Notes: generated by a model not told the origin, from the letters alone. Positions 8,494 through 18,683 are shown, numbered from the stretch's first letter. The stretch is DNA of 24,000 nucleotides from [Synechococcus] sp. NIES-970 (GCA_002356215.1 AP017959.1:1728195-1752194), one strand, 5' to 3'. Program-made: numbers and translations.

Positions 8494-9228
8494 ATGCTTT
8501 CCACCCTCCTTGCCGACTTTCGCATCATCTTTGAACGGGATCCCGCTGCGCGTAACTGGCTTGAAGTTTTATTTTGTTACCCCGGCCTCCAGGCGCTCAT
8601 TGTGCATCGGGTTTCCCATGGTCTCTATCGGCTGGGACTCCCCTTTATTCCCCGCTTTTTATCCCATATTGCCCGCTTTTTCACTGGCATTGAGATTCAC
8701 CCAGGGGCCCGCATTGGCCATGGGGTTTTTATTGACCATGGTATGGGCGTCGTGATTGGCGAAACAGCGATCATCGGTGACTACTGCCTAATTTACCAAG
8801 GGGTTACCCTCGGCGGTACAGGCAAAGAAAGCGGCAAACGACACCCGACCCTCGGCGAAAATGTTGTTGTCGGTGGCGGGGCGAAGGTGCTAGGTAATAT
8901 TGAAATTGGTGACAATGTGCGCATCGGTGCGGGATCTGTTGTGCTCCGTCATGTCCCCTCTGACTGCACCGTAGTAGGTATTCCTGGGCGTATTGTGTAC
9001 CGCTCTGGGGTCAAGGTAAATCCTTTGGAGCATGGCAGTCTGCCAGATTCTGAAGCGACAGTAATTCGTACCCTTTTAGACCGCATCGAAGCCCTCGAAG
9101 AACAGGTGCAAACTCTCCAAGGCCAACGGGAGCCGGAATTAGCCGCTGTTCACCGTAGCTATCTCAAAGACAGCTGTCGTTTGTCTGACCGAGAAATTCA
9201 GCAATTTTTAGACGGTGCTGGTATTTAA
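8494..9228 (+). CDS. cysE: Serine O-acetyltransferase
   Basis: From ATG 8494: MLSTLLADFRIIFERDPAARNWLEVLFCYPGLQALIVHRVSHGLYR, GIEIHPGARIGHGVFIDHGMGVVIGETAIIGD, and hexapeptide repeats. The track ORF starts at 8395, but the upstream 33 aa look non-homologous. Confidence 0.9.
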   Translation: MLSTLLADFRIIFERDPAARNWLEVLFCYPGLQALIVHRVSHGLYRLGLPFIPRFLSHIARFFTGIEIHPGARIGHGVFIDHGMGVVIGETAIIGDYCLIYQGVTLGGTGKESGKRHPTLGENVVVGGGAKVLGNIEIGDNVRIGAGSVVLRHVPSDCTVVGIPGRIVYRSGVKVNPLEHGSLPDSEATVIRTLLDRIEALEEQVQTLQGQREPELAAVHRSYLKDSCRLSDREIQQFLDGAGI

Positions 9229-9244
9229 GGCCTTTCACAATAGC

Positions 9245-10228
9245 CTAGGCAACAATCCCTGCATCAAAGACCCGCCCAATCACCTCTTCAACAGGGGGGT
9301 CATTAACGCTCAGGTCGACTACAGGAAGATTTTCCAGAATTTTCGCAATGCTCTGGGTTAAAGATTCTCGCTTCACTAAAAAACGGACTTCCTGGCCGTC
9401 GATGTGCTCTACCTCCCCGAAAAAGCTGAGGGCTTCGCGGGAATAGCTCTCCGTCAATTCGATCCGTACTTCTCGGTAGGGGGCAAAGCGATCCAATAGC
9501 TGCTCTAGACTACCGTCATAAATGAGCTTGCCCTGATGAATGAGTAGCACCCGTTCACAAAGGGCAGTAATGTCGGCCATGTAGTGACTCGTCAAGAGAA
9601 TGGTCGCGCCATAACGCTGGTTATATTCTCGCAAAAAGTTTCGCACGGCCACCTGAGCATTGACATCTAAACCAAGGGTTGGCTCATCTAAAAACAAAAC
9701 CTGGGGATGATGCAACAGCGCGGCCAGAAGTTCTGCTTTCATCCGTTCGCCGAGGGAGAGCTTCCGCATGGGTTGGGTGAGTTTGCCCCCAAGGGATAGC
9801 ATCGTGCTGAGTTCAGTGAGGCGTTCTTGAAAAATTGGCTCAGGAATATCGTAAACGGCGGCGTTGATCCTCAGGGAATCGAGGGCGGGTAAATCCCAAA
9901 GCAGTTGTTGTTTTTGGCCCATGACAAGGCTAATGTTTTTGAGAAAATCCCGTTGCCGTTGGCAGGGAATCGCACCAGCGACCCGGACAACGCCGGTGGA
10001 GGGATAAACCAACCCTGTCAGCATTTTGAGGGTGGTGGTTTTACCCGCTCCATTTGGCCCGAGGAAACCAACAATTTCACCGGGTTCGATGTGAAAAGTG
10101 ACGGCTTCGACTGCTTTTATCTGGCGGTATTGCCGCTGGAAAAAGTGCTTGAGAGTGCCTTTGAAGCCGGGCTGCTTGAGGGCAACGGGATAAATTTTGC
10201 TGAGAGAATCGACTTCAATAATCGGCAT
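9245..10228 (-). CDS. ABC transporter ATP-binding protein (ABC-2 type, long C-terminal extension), with no adjacent permease
   Basis: Walker A GPNGAGKTTTLKML, signature LSLGERMK, Walker B VLFLDEPTLGLD, and H-loop TSHYM. The likely start is ATG 10228 (MPIIEVDSLSKIY). The track ORF starts at GTG 10264. Confidence 0.9.
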   Translation of the reverse strand: MPIIEVDSLSKIYPVALKQPGFKGTLKHFFQRQYRQIKAVEAVTFHIEPGEIVGFLGPNGAGKTTTLKMLTGLVYPSTGVVRVAGAIPCQRQRDFLKNISLVMGQKQQLLWDLPALDSLRINAAVYDIPEPIFQERLTELSTMLSLGGKLTQPMRKLSLGERMKAELLAALLHHPQVLFLDEPTLGLDVNAQVAVRNFLREYNQRYGATILLTSHYMADITALCERVLLIHQGKLIYDGSLEQLLDRFAPYREVRIELTESYSREALSFFGEVEHIDGQEVRFLVKRESLTQSIAKILENLPVVDLSVNDPPVEEVIGRVFDAGIVA

Positions 10229-10268
10229 GGGCAAGCGGTGAAAAAAAGATCGCGAGGATCTCACTAGG

Positions 10269-11363
10269 CTAGATCATATCAGGGGCGATCGCCTTTGGGG
10301 TTTCTTCCTTGGGGGTCATGAGCGTCGCCTTATAGGGAATCACCCCTGTTTCGACACTATTGAGACATTGGGCGGCCCCAAGGGAAAGATCTAAACTCCG
10401 GGGTGGAATATAGGGCCCCCGGTCGTTGAGACGGATAATCACGCTGCGCTGATTATTGAGATTAGTGACCTTAAGAAAAGTATTCAAGGGGAGGTCGGGG
10501 TGGGCTGCGGTTAGGGCATATTGGTCGTAGGTTTCACCGTTAGCAGTCAGACGACCATGGAAGTATGGGCCATACCAAGAAGCTAAACCTTCAAGGGATT
10601 GATTACTTTCTTGTAGTTGGTACATTTTGGTTTGGGCAGTCACCATATCAAGGGCAGGGACTCCCAGGGCAAGGCGGAGGTTGTTGGCCCAGCGCATGGC
10701 CAAAATTTCATGATTGATGATTTCTTCTTGGGTGATCTTTTCATCGATCACCAGCAGGATTTGTTCCCCTTGGGCGATCGCCGGTTTACCTTCGTGGAGG
10801 GTCGGGGCGATCGCCGCCGCGTCAAAGCCTTCCATTTGGATGAGCTGTTCTAGCTTTTGGGCTAAGCGGTCTGCTTCTTCCTGAGAACGAAGGGAGGCGA
10901 TCGGTTGACCCTGGATCCACAGTTGATAGGTCTGGTTGCTCCCTTGGTCTGGGTCATAACTGACCAACTGGGCCGCCCCTGGGGAGGGAGATGTTCCAGG
11001 CCGGGGTAAAACCGTTACCCGAGGAACAACAGGGAGGGGCTCCTCTAGGGTCACGAGAAAATCAAGGCCTAAATTTTCAGTAAAACGCTGGAATAAAGTC
11101 GTTGCCCAGTTGACCGTTGGGAGATTGGCTGCGGGGGCCGGGTTCCGAACAAGCCGTGCCACTGGGGGACTGGCCAAGTCTGTGGCTAACTGACAAAGGG
11201 GATTTTCAGCAAGGCTTTCCCGTTGGGTATCAAGGTGGGTGGGACTGCCTGGTTCGGTGTTGGTGGCGATCACCCCACCCTGGTGCACAGTCACACCAGC
11301 CGCAGCCATGAGGAGGGGAACCCCCAAACTAGACAATAATCCGGTAAATTTCGGGAAATACAT
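10269..11363 (-). CDS. rlpA: RlpA-like (septal ring lytic transglycosylase family) protein with an N-terminal membrane anchor or signal
   Basis: The C-terminal double-psi beta-barrel block is GLASWYGPYFHGRLTANGETYDQYALTAAHPDLPLNTFLKVTNLNNQRSVIIRLNDRGPY. ATG 11363 gives MYFPKFTGLLSSLGVPLLMAAAGV. The track ORF starts at GTG 11399. Confidence 0.8.
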   Translation of the reverse strand: MYFPKFTGLLSSLGVPLLMAAAGVTVHQGGVIATNTEPGSPTHLDTQRESLAENPLCQLATDLASPPVARLVRNPAPAANLPTVNWATTLFQRFTENLGLDFLVTLEEPLPVVPRVTVLPRPGTSPSPGAAQLVSYDPDQGSNQTYQLWIQGQPIASLRSQEEADRLAQKLEQLIQMEGFDAAAIAPTLHEGKPAIAQGEQILLVIDEKITQEEIINHEILAMRWANNLRLALGVPALDMVTAQTKMYQLQESNQSLEGLASWYGPYFHGRLTANGETYDQYALTAAHPDLPLNTFLKVTNLNNQRSVIIRLNDRGPYIPPRSLDLSLGAAQCLNSVETGVIPYKATLMTPKEETPKAIAPDMI

Positions 11364-11750
11364 AAAGGATACAAAACAGTTAAAAATCACAAATGTCACC
11401 CCAGCACCGAGAGTCTTATTTGAGGTCGGATTTTGGGGATCACAAGATGTCGCAAGTCCATTTGCTAAATTGCTCTATGTTTTATAGCCCATGAATTTCC
11501 CCAAAAAATTCGCCCTGACCACTGCATCACCTTGGAATTGAGGGAAAAACCCGACCATGGGTTCCTCAGCCAATCTCCCCAGGCGCTTACCAGGACTGTC
11601 TTTAGGCCGACTCAGACAAAACTCTGGTTAACCCGACATTATGATTTCTTATTTAATATTTTTACTAATCTAAAACAACGCCAGAAATAAATAAATTTAA
11701 TTCTAAATCCTGTTTTTTTGTAATCCTTGCTACAAACTCTGAGTAAAAAA

Positions 11751-14036
11751 ATGAGTTCTGACTTTTTTCTAAAATCGATGGCCTCGCACCTCACCAGTGA
11801 CCAGCGACAGTTTTTGGCACACTTAGCCCAGGGACTCCGCCCTGGTCAAGATCGTTTAGCCCAGTGGCAGTCTGGCCCGATGGCGATCGCCGCAGTGCCT
11901 GGTTCGGGAAAGTCTCATGCCTTGGCCGTTGCCGCCGTATTGACCCTGGCGCGACAGCCGTTGTCATCGGAAAAACAATTGGTGATCGTCACTTTTACCC
12001 GGGCAGCAGCTGAAGGCATTAAACAAAAAATCTACGACCATCTCAAGGGGGCTCAATTGCCCCTCACAGGGTTTTCTGTGCAGACTATCCACGGCCTTGC
12101 GTTACAGATTGCCAGTCGTCATCCAGAAAGCTCCGGCTTAGATCTAGAGCTGGTTACTCTCCAGGATGTCCCCAAAAATCATCCTATTTTCCAGGAAGCG
12201 GTGGATCAGTGGATCCAAGATCACGACGCTTTGTTTGAAAAATTATGCCAAGGAGCCCGCTCTGATCAAGAGGCCACGGAACAGTTGCGCCGCCGTTTTG
12301 CCCTCAGGACAGAAATTTTGCCCCAATTGGCCCATACGGTGATCCATGAATGCAAGAGCTCGAACCTTTCTCCGGCGCTAGTCGCCCAATTGGGGGCCGA
12401 GATGCAGGATGAATATCAACTGTTGACGATCGCCGCTGGCATCTACGCAAACTACCAACGGCTCACGGCCCAGGCGAATCTGATTGATTATGATGATCTG
12501 ATTTTGGGGGCTATTCGTGTTCTTGAAACGCCAGAGCTCCAGGCCTATTGGCAGGGGCAAATTTCTGGGATTTTTGAAGATGAAGCCCAGGATTCGAGCC
12601 CACTCCAGGAACAATTGATTCGCCTGTTGGCGACAGATCCCCAGTCCGGGGTGTGTAATCTTGTGCGGGTAGGAGATCCAAATCAGGCGATTAATTCTAC
12701 TTTTACCCCAGCGGATCCGTTCTATTTCAATCGTTTTTGCCAAGCGGTGGATTGCGCAGAAATTCACCATGCAGGCCGCTCTAGTTTCCCGATTATTGAG
12801 GCAGCCAACCAATTTTTACGCTGGGCCAGCCAGACCATTTCTCCGCCAGATCGTTTTGCCTTCCGCTGGCAAGAAATCTGCCCTGTCCAAGCTGATGACC
12901 CCCAGGTTGAGGCAAATCCTGCACCCGCGGGGGCTGGCGTTGAATGCTATCACCCCGAAAATATTTATGAAACTGTGGCGCAGATGGGCGATCGCCTTGA
13001 AAGATTACTCAGCGACAATCCAGACCATAGCGCCGCTATTTTGGTCCGGACCCAGCGCCAGGGCAAGTTCATCGCCGATCAACTGGCCGAACAGTTTCGT
13101 GAAACATCCATTCAGCTCTATGATGCCCGCATTGGCGCTAGCGCCAGCTATCTTGTACAAGAATTGCAGCACATTCTCCGGTTCCTGGAGCGGCCCCACT
13201 CCCCCGATTGTCTTAAAGCAGCTCTGGAAGTGATTGGCGATCGCCAAAAAATTCCGACCCAAGATGTAACTCGTTTAGCCTTAGCTCCCGAAAAATTTCT
13301 CTATCCCAGTCCCTTAGACCCTAACTTTGTTTTTCCTGGAGCCCAGGCTGCCCAAGCCCTATGCGATCGCCTCTTGACGGCCCATTGGCAACTGCCCCAT
13401 TACCAACTGCTCCCTTTTTTAGCCATGACCTTGGACTATGACGCTCAAGAGTTGGCGACGGTCCAAAAACTCAGTGAACGTATCGCCCAGCAAACCCAAG
13501 GCTCCAAACATCTCCGCCATACCCTAGAAATTCTCGAAGGTCTTCACCGGGATGGCTTTGAAGGCATTGAGCTTGACACTAATCACCGCTACACCCGCCC
13601 TAGCCAAATTACAATCCTCACCATGCATAAGGCGAAGGGGCTCGATTGGGACTATGTTTTTTTACCTTTTTTACACAAATCAGAAATCCCCGGCAGTAGT
13701 TGGATTCCTAACAGCGCCAAGTTCCTCGGGGATTATGATCCCACCGCCGTAGCCCGTGCCCAGATCCGTCAATTTGTCCACCACCAGGCCCAAGGGCGAT
13801 CGCCAAAGACCGCGAATAAACAGGTCAAAACCCTCTGGGCAGAAGCCCAACAGCTCAAAACTGAAGAAGAATATCGCCTGCTTTATGTGGCGATGACCCG
13901 TGCGAAGCGTCTCCTCTGGCTCGCAGCCGCCAAGCAAGCCCCCTTTTCTTGGAGTACCTTCAACCCTGGCCAAGGGAAATTACAACCCCAGGAACCCTGC
14001 CCCATTTTTGCCATACTGCGCGGTGAAAACCCCTAG
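11751..14036 (+). CDS. UvrD/REP-type superfamily 1 DNA helicase
   Basis: Walker [12 protein letters not shown], motif Ia [11 protein letters not shown], motif [11 protein letters not shown], motif [15 protein letters not shown], and C-terminal [18 protein letters not shown] and [18 protein letters not shown] 11751 is preferred over the TTG 11727 used in the track. Confidence 0.85.
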   Translation: MSSDFFLKSMASHLTSDQRQFLAHLAQGLRPGQDRLAQWQSGPMAIAAVPGSGKSHALAVAAVLTLARQPLSSEKQLVIVTFTRAAAEGIKQKIYDHLKGAQLPLTGFSVQTIHGLALQIASRHPESSGLDLELVTLQDVPKNHPIFQEAVDQWIQDHDALFEKLCQGARSDQEATEQLRRRFALRTEILPQLAHTVIHECKSSNLSPALVAQLGAEMQDEYQLLTIAAGIYANYQRLTAQANLIDYDDLILGAIRVLETPELQAYWQGQISGIFEDEAQDSSPLQEQLIRLLATDPQSGVCNLVRVGDPNQAINSTFTPADPFYFNRFCQAVDCAEIHHAGRSSFPIIEAANQFLRWASQTISPPDRFAFRWQEICPVQADDPQVEANPAPAGAGVECYHPENIYETVAQMGDRLERLLSDNPDHSAAILVRTQRQGKFIADQLAEQFRETSIQLYDARIGASASYLVQELQHILRFLERPHSPDCLKAALEVIGDRQKIPTQDVTRLALAPEKFLYPSPLDPNFVFPGAQAAQALCDRLLTAHWQLPHYQLLPFLAMTLDYDAQELATVQKLSERIAQQTQGSKHLRHTLEILEGLHRDGFEGIELDTNHRYTRPSQITILTMHKAKGLDWDYVFLPFLHKSEIPGSSWIPNSAKFLGDYDPTAVARAQIRQFVHHQAQGRSPKTANKQVKTLWAEAQQLKTEEEYRLLYVAMTRAKRLLWLAAAKQAPFSWSTFNPGQGKLQPQEPCPIFAILRGENP

Positions 14037-15091
14037 GGATAGAAAGCCAACTGCGGTAAACCCAAAGTCTCTTCCCAACCCATCATCAAGTTTAAACATT
14101 GCACCGCTTGACCCGATTGTCCTTTGATCAAGTTATCAATGGCTGACATCACGATTACCCGCCCAGTGCGGTGGTCTACTTCGACGCCTAGATAGCAGAG
14201 ATTCGTACCACAGGCCCATTTCGTTTGGGGATAGACACCATTAGGGAGCACTTCGACACAGGGAGCGGCCCGATAAAAGGCGTTGTAAATCGTCAGGAGA
14301 TCATCGCGGACAAGGCCTGGATCTCTGAGGGTGGCATAGACTGTGGCGAGGATGCCCCTGGGCATGGGGATCAGGTGGGGCGTAAATTGGACGCGGATAT
14401 CTTGGCTGGCGAGTTTGCTGCAAATTTGTTCAATTTCTGGGGTGTGGCGATGGGAGCCGACCCCATAGGCCCCCAGGGAGCCATCGGCTTCGGCGAGGAG
14501 GAGGTTGATTTTGCCCTGGCGACCGCCCCCGGACGTGCCAGATTTGGCATCGATAATCGCGGTTTCGGGTTGAATTAAACCCTGCTTAAACAGGGGAGCG
14601 AGGGCCAATAAACTGGCGGTCACATAGCAACCGGCACAGCCCACCAACTGGGCACGACTAATTTCATCACGGTACAGTTCGGGTAGACCATAGACGGCGA
14701 TCGCATTGGTCTCTTGGTCAGTGCGCTCGGTTTTGTACCAGGTTTTGTAAGTATCGAGGTTTTTAAAACGATAATCTGCCGATAGATCTAGCACTTTACA
14801 GCCCCGGTCGAGGAGTTGGGGGGCAAGGTCGCAAGCAAGACCGTTGGGAAGCCCCAGAAAGACCACTTCGCAGCGTTCGGCAATAACGTCTAGATCAATG
14901 GGTTCAATGGTCATTTTGATCCGGTGACCGACATGGGGATAAAGTTCGGCATAGGGTTTTCCGGCGCTACTGTTGCCCCCAAGGTAGGTCAGTTCTACCT
15001 GGGGATGATCACTCAGGAGACGAACCAGTTGCATACCGCCATAGCCAGAGGCTCCTACAATCCCGACGGAAACTTTTTTCCCACTGCTCAT
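14033..15091 (-). CDS. argC: N-acetyl-gamma-glutamyl-phosphate reductase
   Basis: 352 aa. [20 protein letters not shown] (NAD(P) fold), the active-site context [17 protein letters not shown], and the C-terminal [21 protein letters not shown]. Confidence 0.95.
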   Translation of the reverse strand: MSSGKKVSVGIVGASGYGGMQLVRLLSDHPQVELTYLGGNSSAGKPYAELYPHVGHRIKMTIEPIDLDVIAERCEVVFLGLPNGLACDLAPQLLDRGCKVLDLSADYRFKNLDTYKTWYKTERTDQETNAIAVYGLPELYRDEISRAQLVGCAGCYVTASLLALAPLFKQGLIQPETAIIDAKSGTSGGGRQGKINLLLAEADGSLGAYGVGSHRHTPEIEQICSKLASQDIRVQFTPHLIPMPRGILATVYATLRDPGLVRDDLLTIYNAFYRAAPCVEVLPNGVYPQTKWACGTNLCYLGVEVDHRTGRVIVMSAIDNLIKGQSGQAVQCLNLMMGWEETLGLPQLAFYP

Positions 15092-15306
15092 AAACGCTAC
15101 TGTTACCTAAATGTCTGGGGCGATCGCCCTTGTTGGCTGCAATTGTACAGGGAAATGTTGAGGACAACCGATCTAAAATTTCGCCAAGTTAGCGAGACAG
15201 GAGTCGAGAAGATTACCCAGAAGATTGTCCGCCATTTCAGTCACAAAGCAGCGACTCCCAAATTGGCGATAATACAAACAAAAGCTGTGGGCTACCGGAC
15301 AAAACA

Positions 15307-16824
15307 ATGAGATCAATCGCCTCTTCCCTCAGACGACGGCTCAAACCCCTGCGGATCCATCTCCTGTCGGTTCGGGGGCGGGTCTTTCTTTGGTATCTGT
15401 TGTTGCTGTCGGGTTTTTTGGTCATTTCATTCCCGATTATGCTCCACCTGGTTTTTAGTGAGATTAACCAACGGGTCAGGGCAGATCTCCGGGAAGATAT
15501 CTATCTTTTTGAAGGGCTGTTGAATAATGATCCCCAAGTGAAGCAGCGCCTTGCTCTCCAGGACACGGAAATTTTACCCTTGGCCACGCCTGCGGACTTA
15601 GTGGCTGTGTTTAATCTCTATCTGGCCCGGCGCGTACCGGAGGATGACACTTTTATCATTGGTGTAATTGACCAGGACTTTTATCGTTCTAGTCCTGAGG
15701 CTCTCCCCCCGACTCTCCAACCGAATTCTCCCTTACTGCTACGCCTCGCCCAGGCTGAAAATTGGAAAGAAGGGGTTGATCCACGCCCTAATTCTGAGAC
15801 GGGGGACATTCTCTTTGTCGTCTTGCCTCTCACCAATGACCAAGGTGAGATTATCGGGCGTTTCATTGCAGTCCATGCGGTAGCCGGAGAACATCGTGAG
15901 ATTCTCACATCTTTGAAGATTGTCTTTGCCACTTTGATTGGTGTGTTTTGCCTATCGATTGGTGCGAGTGCAGTGGTGGCTGGTCGTGTTTTAGCACCCC
16001 TGACCCTCATTCTCAGAACGGCGACAAGTATCAATGAGTCAAACTTGACGCGACGGATTCCGATTACGACCCAGGGGGAGCTAGCAACCTTGGCCCAGGC
16101 GTTTAATTCAATGTTGGATCGCCTAGAAACGGCCTTTGAGCACCAGCGGCAATTTCTTAATGATGTGGGCCATGAGTTGCGTACTCCCATTACGATTATT
16201 CGGGGTCATCTGGAGTTGATGGCGATCGCCCAATTGCCCCTCGAAGAGCAAAAAACGGTGGAGTTGGTTTTAGATGAACTTGATCGCATGGGCCGGCTTG
16301 TGCAAGAGCTAATCCTGTTGGCGAAGTTAGAGCGGCCCGATTTTTTGCATTATGAACCCATTGATCTGGAACCATTTGTGGCCGAGCTCTACAATAAAAT
16401 TACGGCTTTGACCCCAGACGATCGCCAATGGGAATCGCAAGGAGTCGTCAGGGGCATTCTCTGGGGCGATCGCCAACGGCTCACCCAGGCGATCATCAAC
16501 CTGGCCCAAAATGCGGTGCAATACACCCAGAGCGGCGATCGCATTTGCTTGACTGTTACCCAAACAGCCAAGACCCTCCAGTTTTCGCTCATCGATAGTG
16601 GCCATGGCATTTCTCCTGCTGACCAGGCTCGCATCTTTGAACGGTTTGCCCGGGGTCGTCAAACCCGTGGCACAGAAGGATCGGGCCTAGGTTTAGCGAT
16701 CGCCAAACAGGTGGCGATCGCCCATGGGGGAACGATCACCGTTGAAAGTGAGCTGAACCAAGGCAGTACATTTACCCTCACGATCCCCTATGACCCAGAT
16801 TTTGATTATCGAAGACGAACCTAG
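15307..16824 (+). CDS. Membrane sensor histidine kinase (two TM segments, HAMP, HisKA, HATPase)
   Basis: TM1 VFLWYLLLLSGFLVISFPIMLHL and TM2 IVFATLIGVFCLSIGASAVVAG, a HAMP-like region (LAPLTLILRTATSINESNLTRRIP...ELATLAQAFNSML), the H box NDVGHELRTPITIIRGHLEL, NLAQNAVQY, DSGHGI and GSGLGLAIAK. Confidence 0.85.
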   Translation: MRSIASSLRRRLKPLRIHLLSVRGRVFLWYLLLLSGFLVISFPIMLHLVFSEINQRVRADLREDIYLFEGLLNNDPQVKQRLALQDTEILPLATPADLVAVFNLYLARRVPEDDTFIIGVIDQDFYRSSPEALPPTLQPNSPLLLRLAQAENWKEGVDPRPNSETGDILFVVLPLTNDQGEIIGRFIAVHAVAGEHREILTSLKIVFATLIGVFCLSIGASAVVAGRVLAPLTLILRTATSINESNLTRRIPITTQGELATLAQAFNSMLDRLETAFEHQRQFLNDVGHELRTPITIIRGHLELMAIAQLPLEEQKTVELVLDELDRMGRLVQELILLAKLERPDFLHYEPIDLEPFVAELYNKITALTPDDRQWESQGVVRGILWGDRQRLTQAIINLAQNAVQYTQSGDRICLTVTQTAKTLQFSLIDSGHGISPADQARIFERFARGRQTRGTEGSGLGLAIAKQVAIAHGGTITVESELNQGSTFTLTIPYDPDFDYRRRT

Positions 16825-17458
16825 AATTGCCTCCTTTCTCGAAAAAGGCTTTAAGAGTGAAGGCTTTACCGTTACCCTGGCCAGTACTGCCGCCGAAGGC
16901 CTGGGCTGGGCCCTACAATATCCCTTTGCCCTGTTGATTTTAGACCTGGGTTTGCCCGATGCCGATGGCCTAGAGGTCCTCCACGACCTGCGGGGCCAGG
17001 GGGTCACCGCACCGATTATCATTTTGACAGCCCGGGATGACATTGCCGATAAGGTCGCTGGTTTAAATCTGGGAGCTGACGATTATTTAAGTAAACCCTT
17101 TAGCTTCAAAGAACTCCTGGCACGGGTGCAAGCTCGGTTACGCACCTTTACTTCTACCCCTGCCCCAGCAGCGATGTGCCTGAAAACCCAGTCCCTCGAA
17201 CTTGATCTAAAGACCCGCCGCGTTAAACAAGGAGATGCTTGGTTAGAATTACCCACCCGAGAATTTACCCTCCTAGAAACCTTATTGCGGCATCCAGATC
17301 AAGTGCTCAGTCGGCAACAGCTCCTCGATCAGGTATGGGGTTACGACTATGATCCGGGTTCAAATATTGTAGATGTGTATATTGGCTATTTGCGGAAGAA
17401 GCTGGGGAGTGATCTCATTGAAACGGTACGGGGCATTGGCTATCGTCTCAAGCCCTAA
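16790..17458 (+). CDS. OmpR-family response regulator (receiver plus winged-helix DNA-binding domain)
   Basis: MTQILIIEDEPRIASFL, LLILDLGLPDADG, IIILTARDD and DDYLSKPFSFKELLARV form the receiver. The C-terminal LTLLETLLRHPDQVLSRQQLLDQVWGYDYDPGSNIVDVYIGYLRKKL is the trans_reg_C type. Confidence 0.9.
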   Translation: MTQILIIEDEPRIASFLEKGFKSEGFTVTLASTAAEGLGWALQYPFALLILDLGLPDADGLEVLHDLRGQGVTAPIIILTARDDIADKVAGLNLGADDYLSKPFSFKELLARVQARLRTFTSTPAPAAMCLKTQSLELDLKTRRVKQGDAWLELPTREFTLLETLLRHPDQVLSRQQLLDQVWGYDYDPGSNIVDVYIGYLRKKLGSDLIETVRGIGYRLKP

Positions 17459-17486
17459 GAAAAACAACGCCAGGATTTAAAGTTCC

Positions 17487-17526
17487 CCTGATACAGTGAA
17501 AGAAATATGTCAGGCTTTAATTTTTG
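17487..17526 (+). terminator. Candidate intrinsic terminator downstream of the kinase/regulator pair
   Basis: Hairpin CCTGATA (17487-17493) pairs with TGTCAGG (17508-17514), 7 bp including one G-U, and is followed by CTTTAATTTTT. Confidence 0.45.
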
Positions 17527-17536
17527 ACGATGCTTT

Positions 17537-18148
17537 ATGATTAGCCGTTTTAATCTGCCATCTATCCTCGAAGGCTATTCCCAGGGCTATTTTCTCATGG
17601 CGGATGAGCAGGGGCATTTGGGTTGGTATTCCAGTCGGCAACGGACATTGATTCCCCTCGATAACCGTTTCCGTTACCCGAAATCCCTCCGGCGATCGCT
17701 AAACCAACAAACCTTTACCCCAGCGATCAACCGGGCCTTTGAAGCGGTATGTGCCGGCTGTGCCAATCGAGATGTGACCTGGATTTCCTCAGATTTACTA
17801 GAAGTTTACCGGGCCTTACACCGGGCGGGTTGGGCCCATAGTTTTGAGACCTGGCAGGGGGATCAGTTAGCTGGTGGTATTTTGGGCATTGTCATCGGTG
17901 GAGCGTTTATCGGCGAATCGATGTTTTTTAATCTTCCCAACGGCTCCAAGGTGGCGATGGTGCTGTTGGTAGAACATTTACGGCGGCAGGGGTTTATTTT
18001 GTTTGATGCTCAGTTGCAAAATCCCCATCTGGCACGGTTTGGCTCCTACATTATCAAGAATCAGGATTACCGCTATTTACTGGCCCAGGCGGTACAACTG
18101 CCCTGTACGTTTGTGGTGGGGGACAAAAGTGAAAACCCGTTTTTATAA
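17537..18148 (+). CDS. aat: Leucyl/phenylalanyl-tRNA--protein transferase
   Basis: 203 aa. [67 protein letters not shown] and [15 protein letters not shown] match the L/F-transferase family pattern. Confidence 0.9.
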   Translation: MISRFNLPSILEGYSQGYFLMADEQGHLGWYSSRQRTLIPLDNRFRYPKSLRRSLNQQTFTPAINRAFEAVCAGCANRDVTWISSDLLEVYRALHRAGWAHSFETWQGDQLAGGILGIVIGGAFIGESMFFNLPNGSKVAMVLLVEHLRRQGFILFDAQLQNPHLARFGSYIIKNQDYRYLLAQAVQLPCTFVVGDKSENPFL

Positions 18149-18191
18149 TTGAAGAGCTTTTTGGTGTTTGTAATTAGCACTGGGGGAGGTA

Positions 18192-18683
18192 ATGGCATCC
18201 ATCGATAATTTTTTGCGGGATTTAGAAAATCAACACCGTGGTAAAAGCCAACCCTCCCCCGGAGATGATGGTCTGGATCAAGCTTTGGCGGCCCTCCAGC
18301 AGGCACACCAGACGAAGCAAGCGATCCCGCAAACATCCCAGGGCGATCGCCTCTCTGAAATGTTGCAGGCTCTCGAACAGGAGACCACGGCGAACAAACT
18401 CAAGGATTGCGAAAAAAATCACCGCATCTATCAAGATATCAACCAACTGATCGCCGCCAAACAACGGCAAGCCCAGCAGCCCTTGCCGGAAACAGATATC
18501 AAGGCGATCGCCGCCGCCGAAAAACAAAAGCAAGCCCAGAACAAATATTGGCGCACTAGGGCAGAAACTTGGCTCCAACAGCTCGATCCTTTCTCCAATG
18601 AAGGGCTCTGGTTTATGGAATTTGCCGAAACTTACGAATCTCCCCTAGCTGCCGCGATCGAATATCTGCAGGCATTAGAATGA
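18192..18683 (+). CDS. Hypothetical Gln/Ala-rich, predicted coiled-coil protein
   Basis: 163-aa ORF with a strong Shine-Dalgarno (GGGAGG at about 18184-18189, about 2 nt before the ATG). There is no TM segment or motif I recognise. The C-terminus is EGLWFMEFAETYESPLAAAIEYLQALE. The antisense 118-aa ORF looks like mirror-frame noise. Confidence 0.6.
   Translation: MASIDNFLRDLENQHRGKSQPSPGDDGLDQALAALQQAHQTKQAIPQTSQGDRLSEMLQALEQETTANKLKDCEKNHRIYQDINQLIAAKQRQAQQPLPETDIKAIAAAEKQKQAQNKYWRTRAETWLQQLDPFSNEGLWFMEFAETYESPLAAAIEYLQALE

Noticed and set aside
8055-8528. A 157-aa minus-strand ORF spanning the end of the ABC1 kinase gene and the cysE leader
   Set aside because: It is antisense to a well-supported gene, with no motif and no ribosome-binding site. 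The same reasoning applies to 15681-16190, 12378-12812, 12769-13233, 16327-16662, 16693-17043, 18222-18578 and 20080-20451.
10081-10090. A GGGTTCGAT tRNA T-arm-like string
   Set aside because: It lies inside the ABC ATPase coding sequence, and no acceptor or anticodon arm complementarity surrounds it. I found no tRNA anywhere in the window.
11751-14036. The UvrD-like helicase as the core of a defence or mobile island
   Set aside because: There is no adjacent nuclease, methylase, ATPase partner, integrase or tRNA. The gene contains several HIP1 sites, like the surrounding core genes, and is flanked by rlpA-like and argC housekeeping genes. It looks like a resident repair or recombination helicase.
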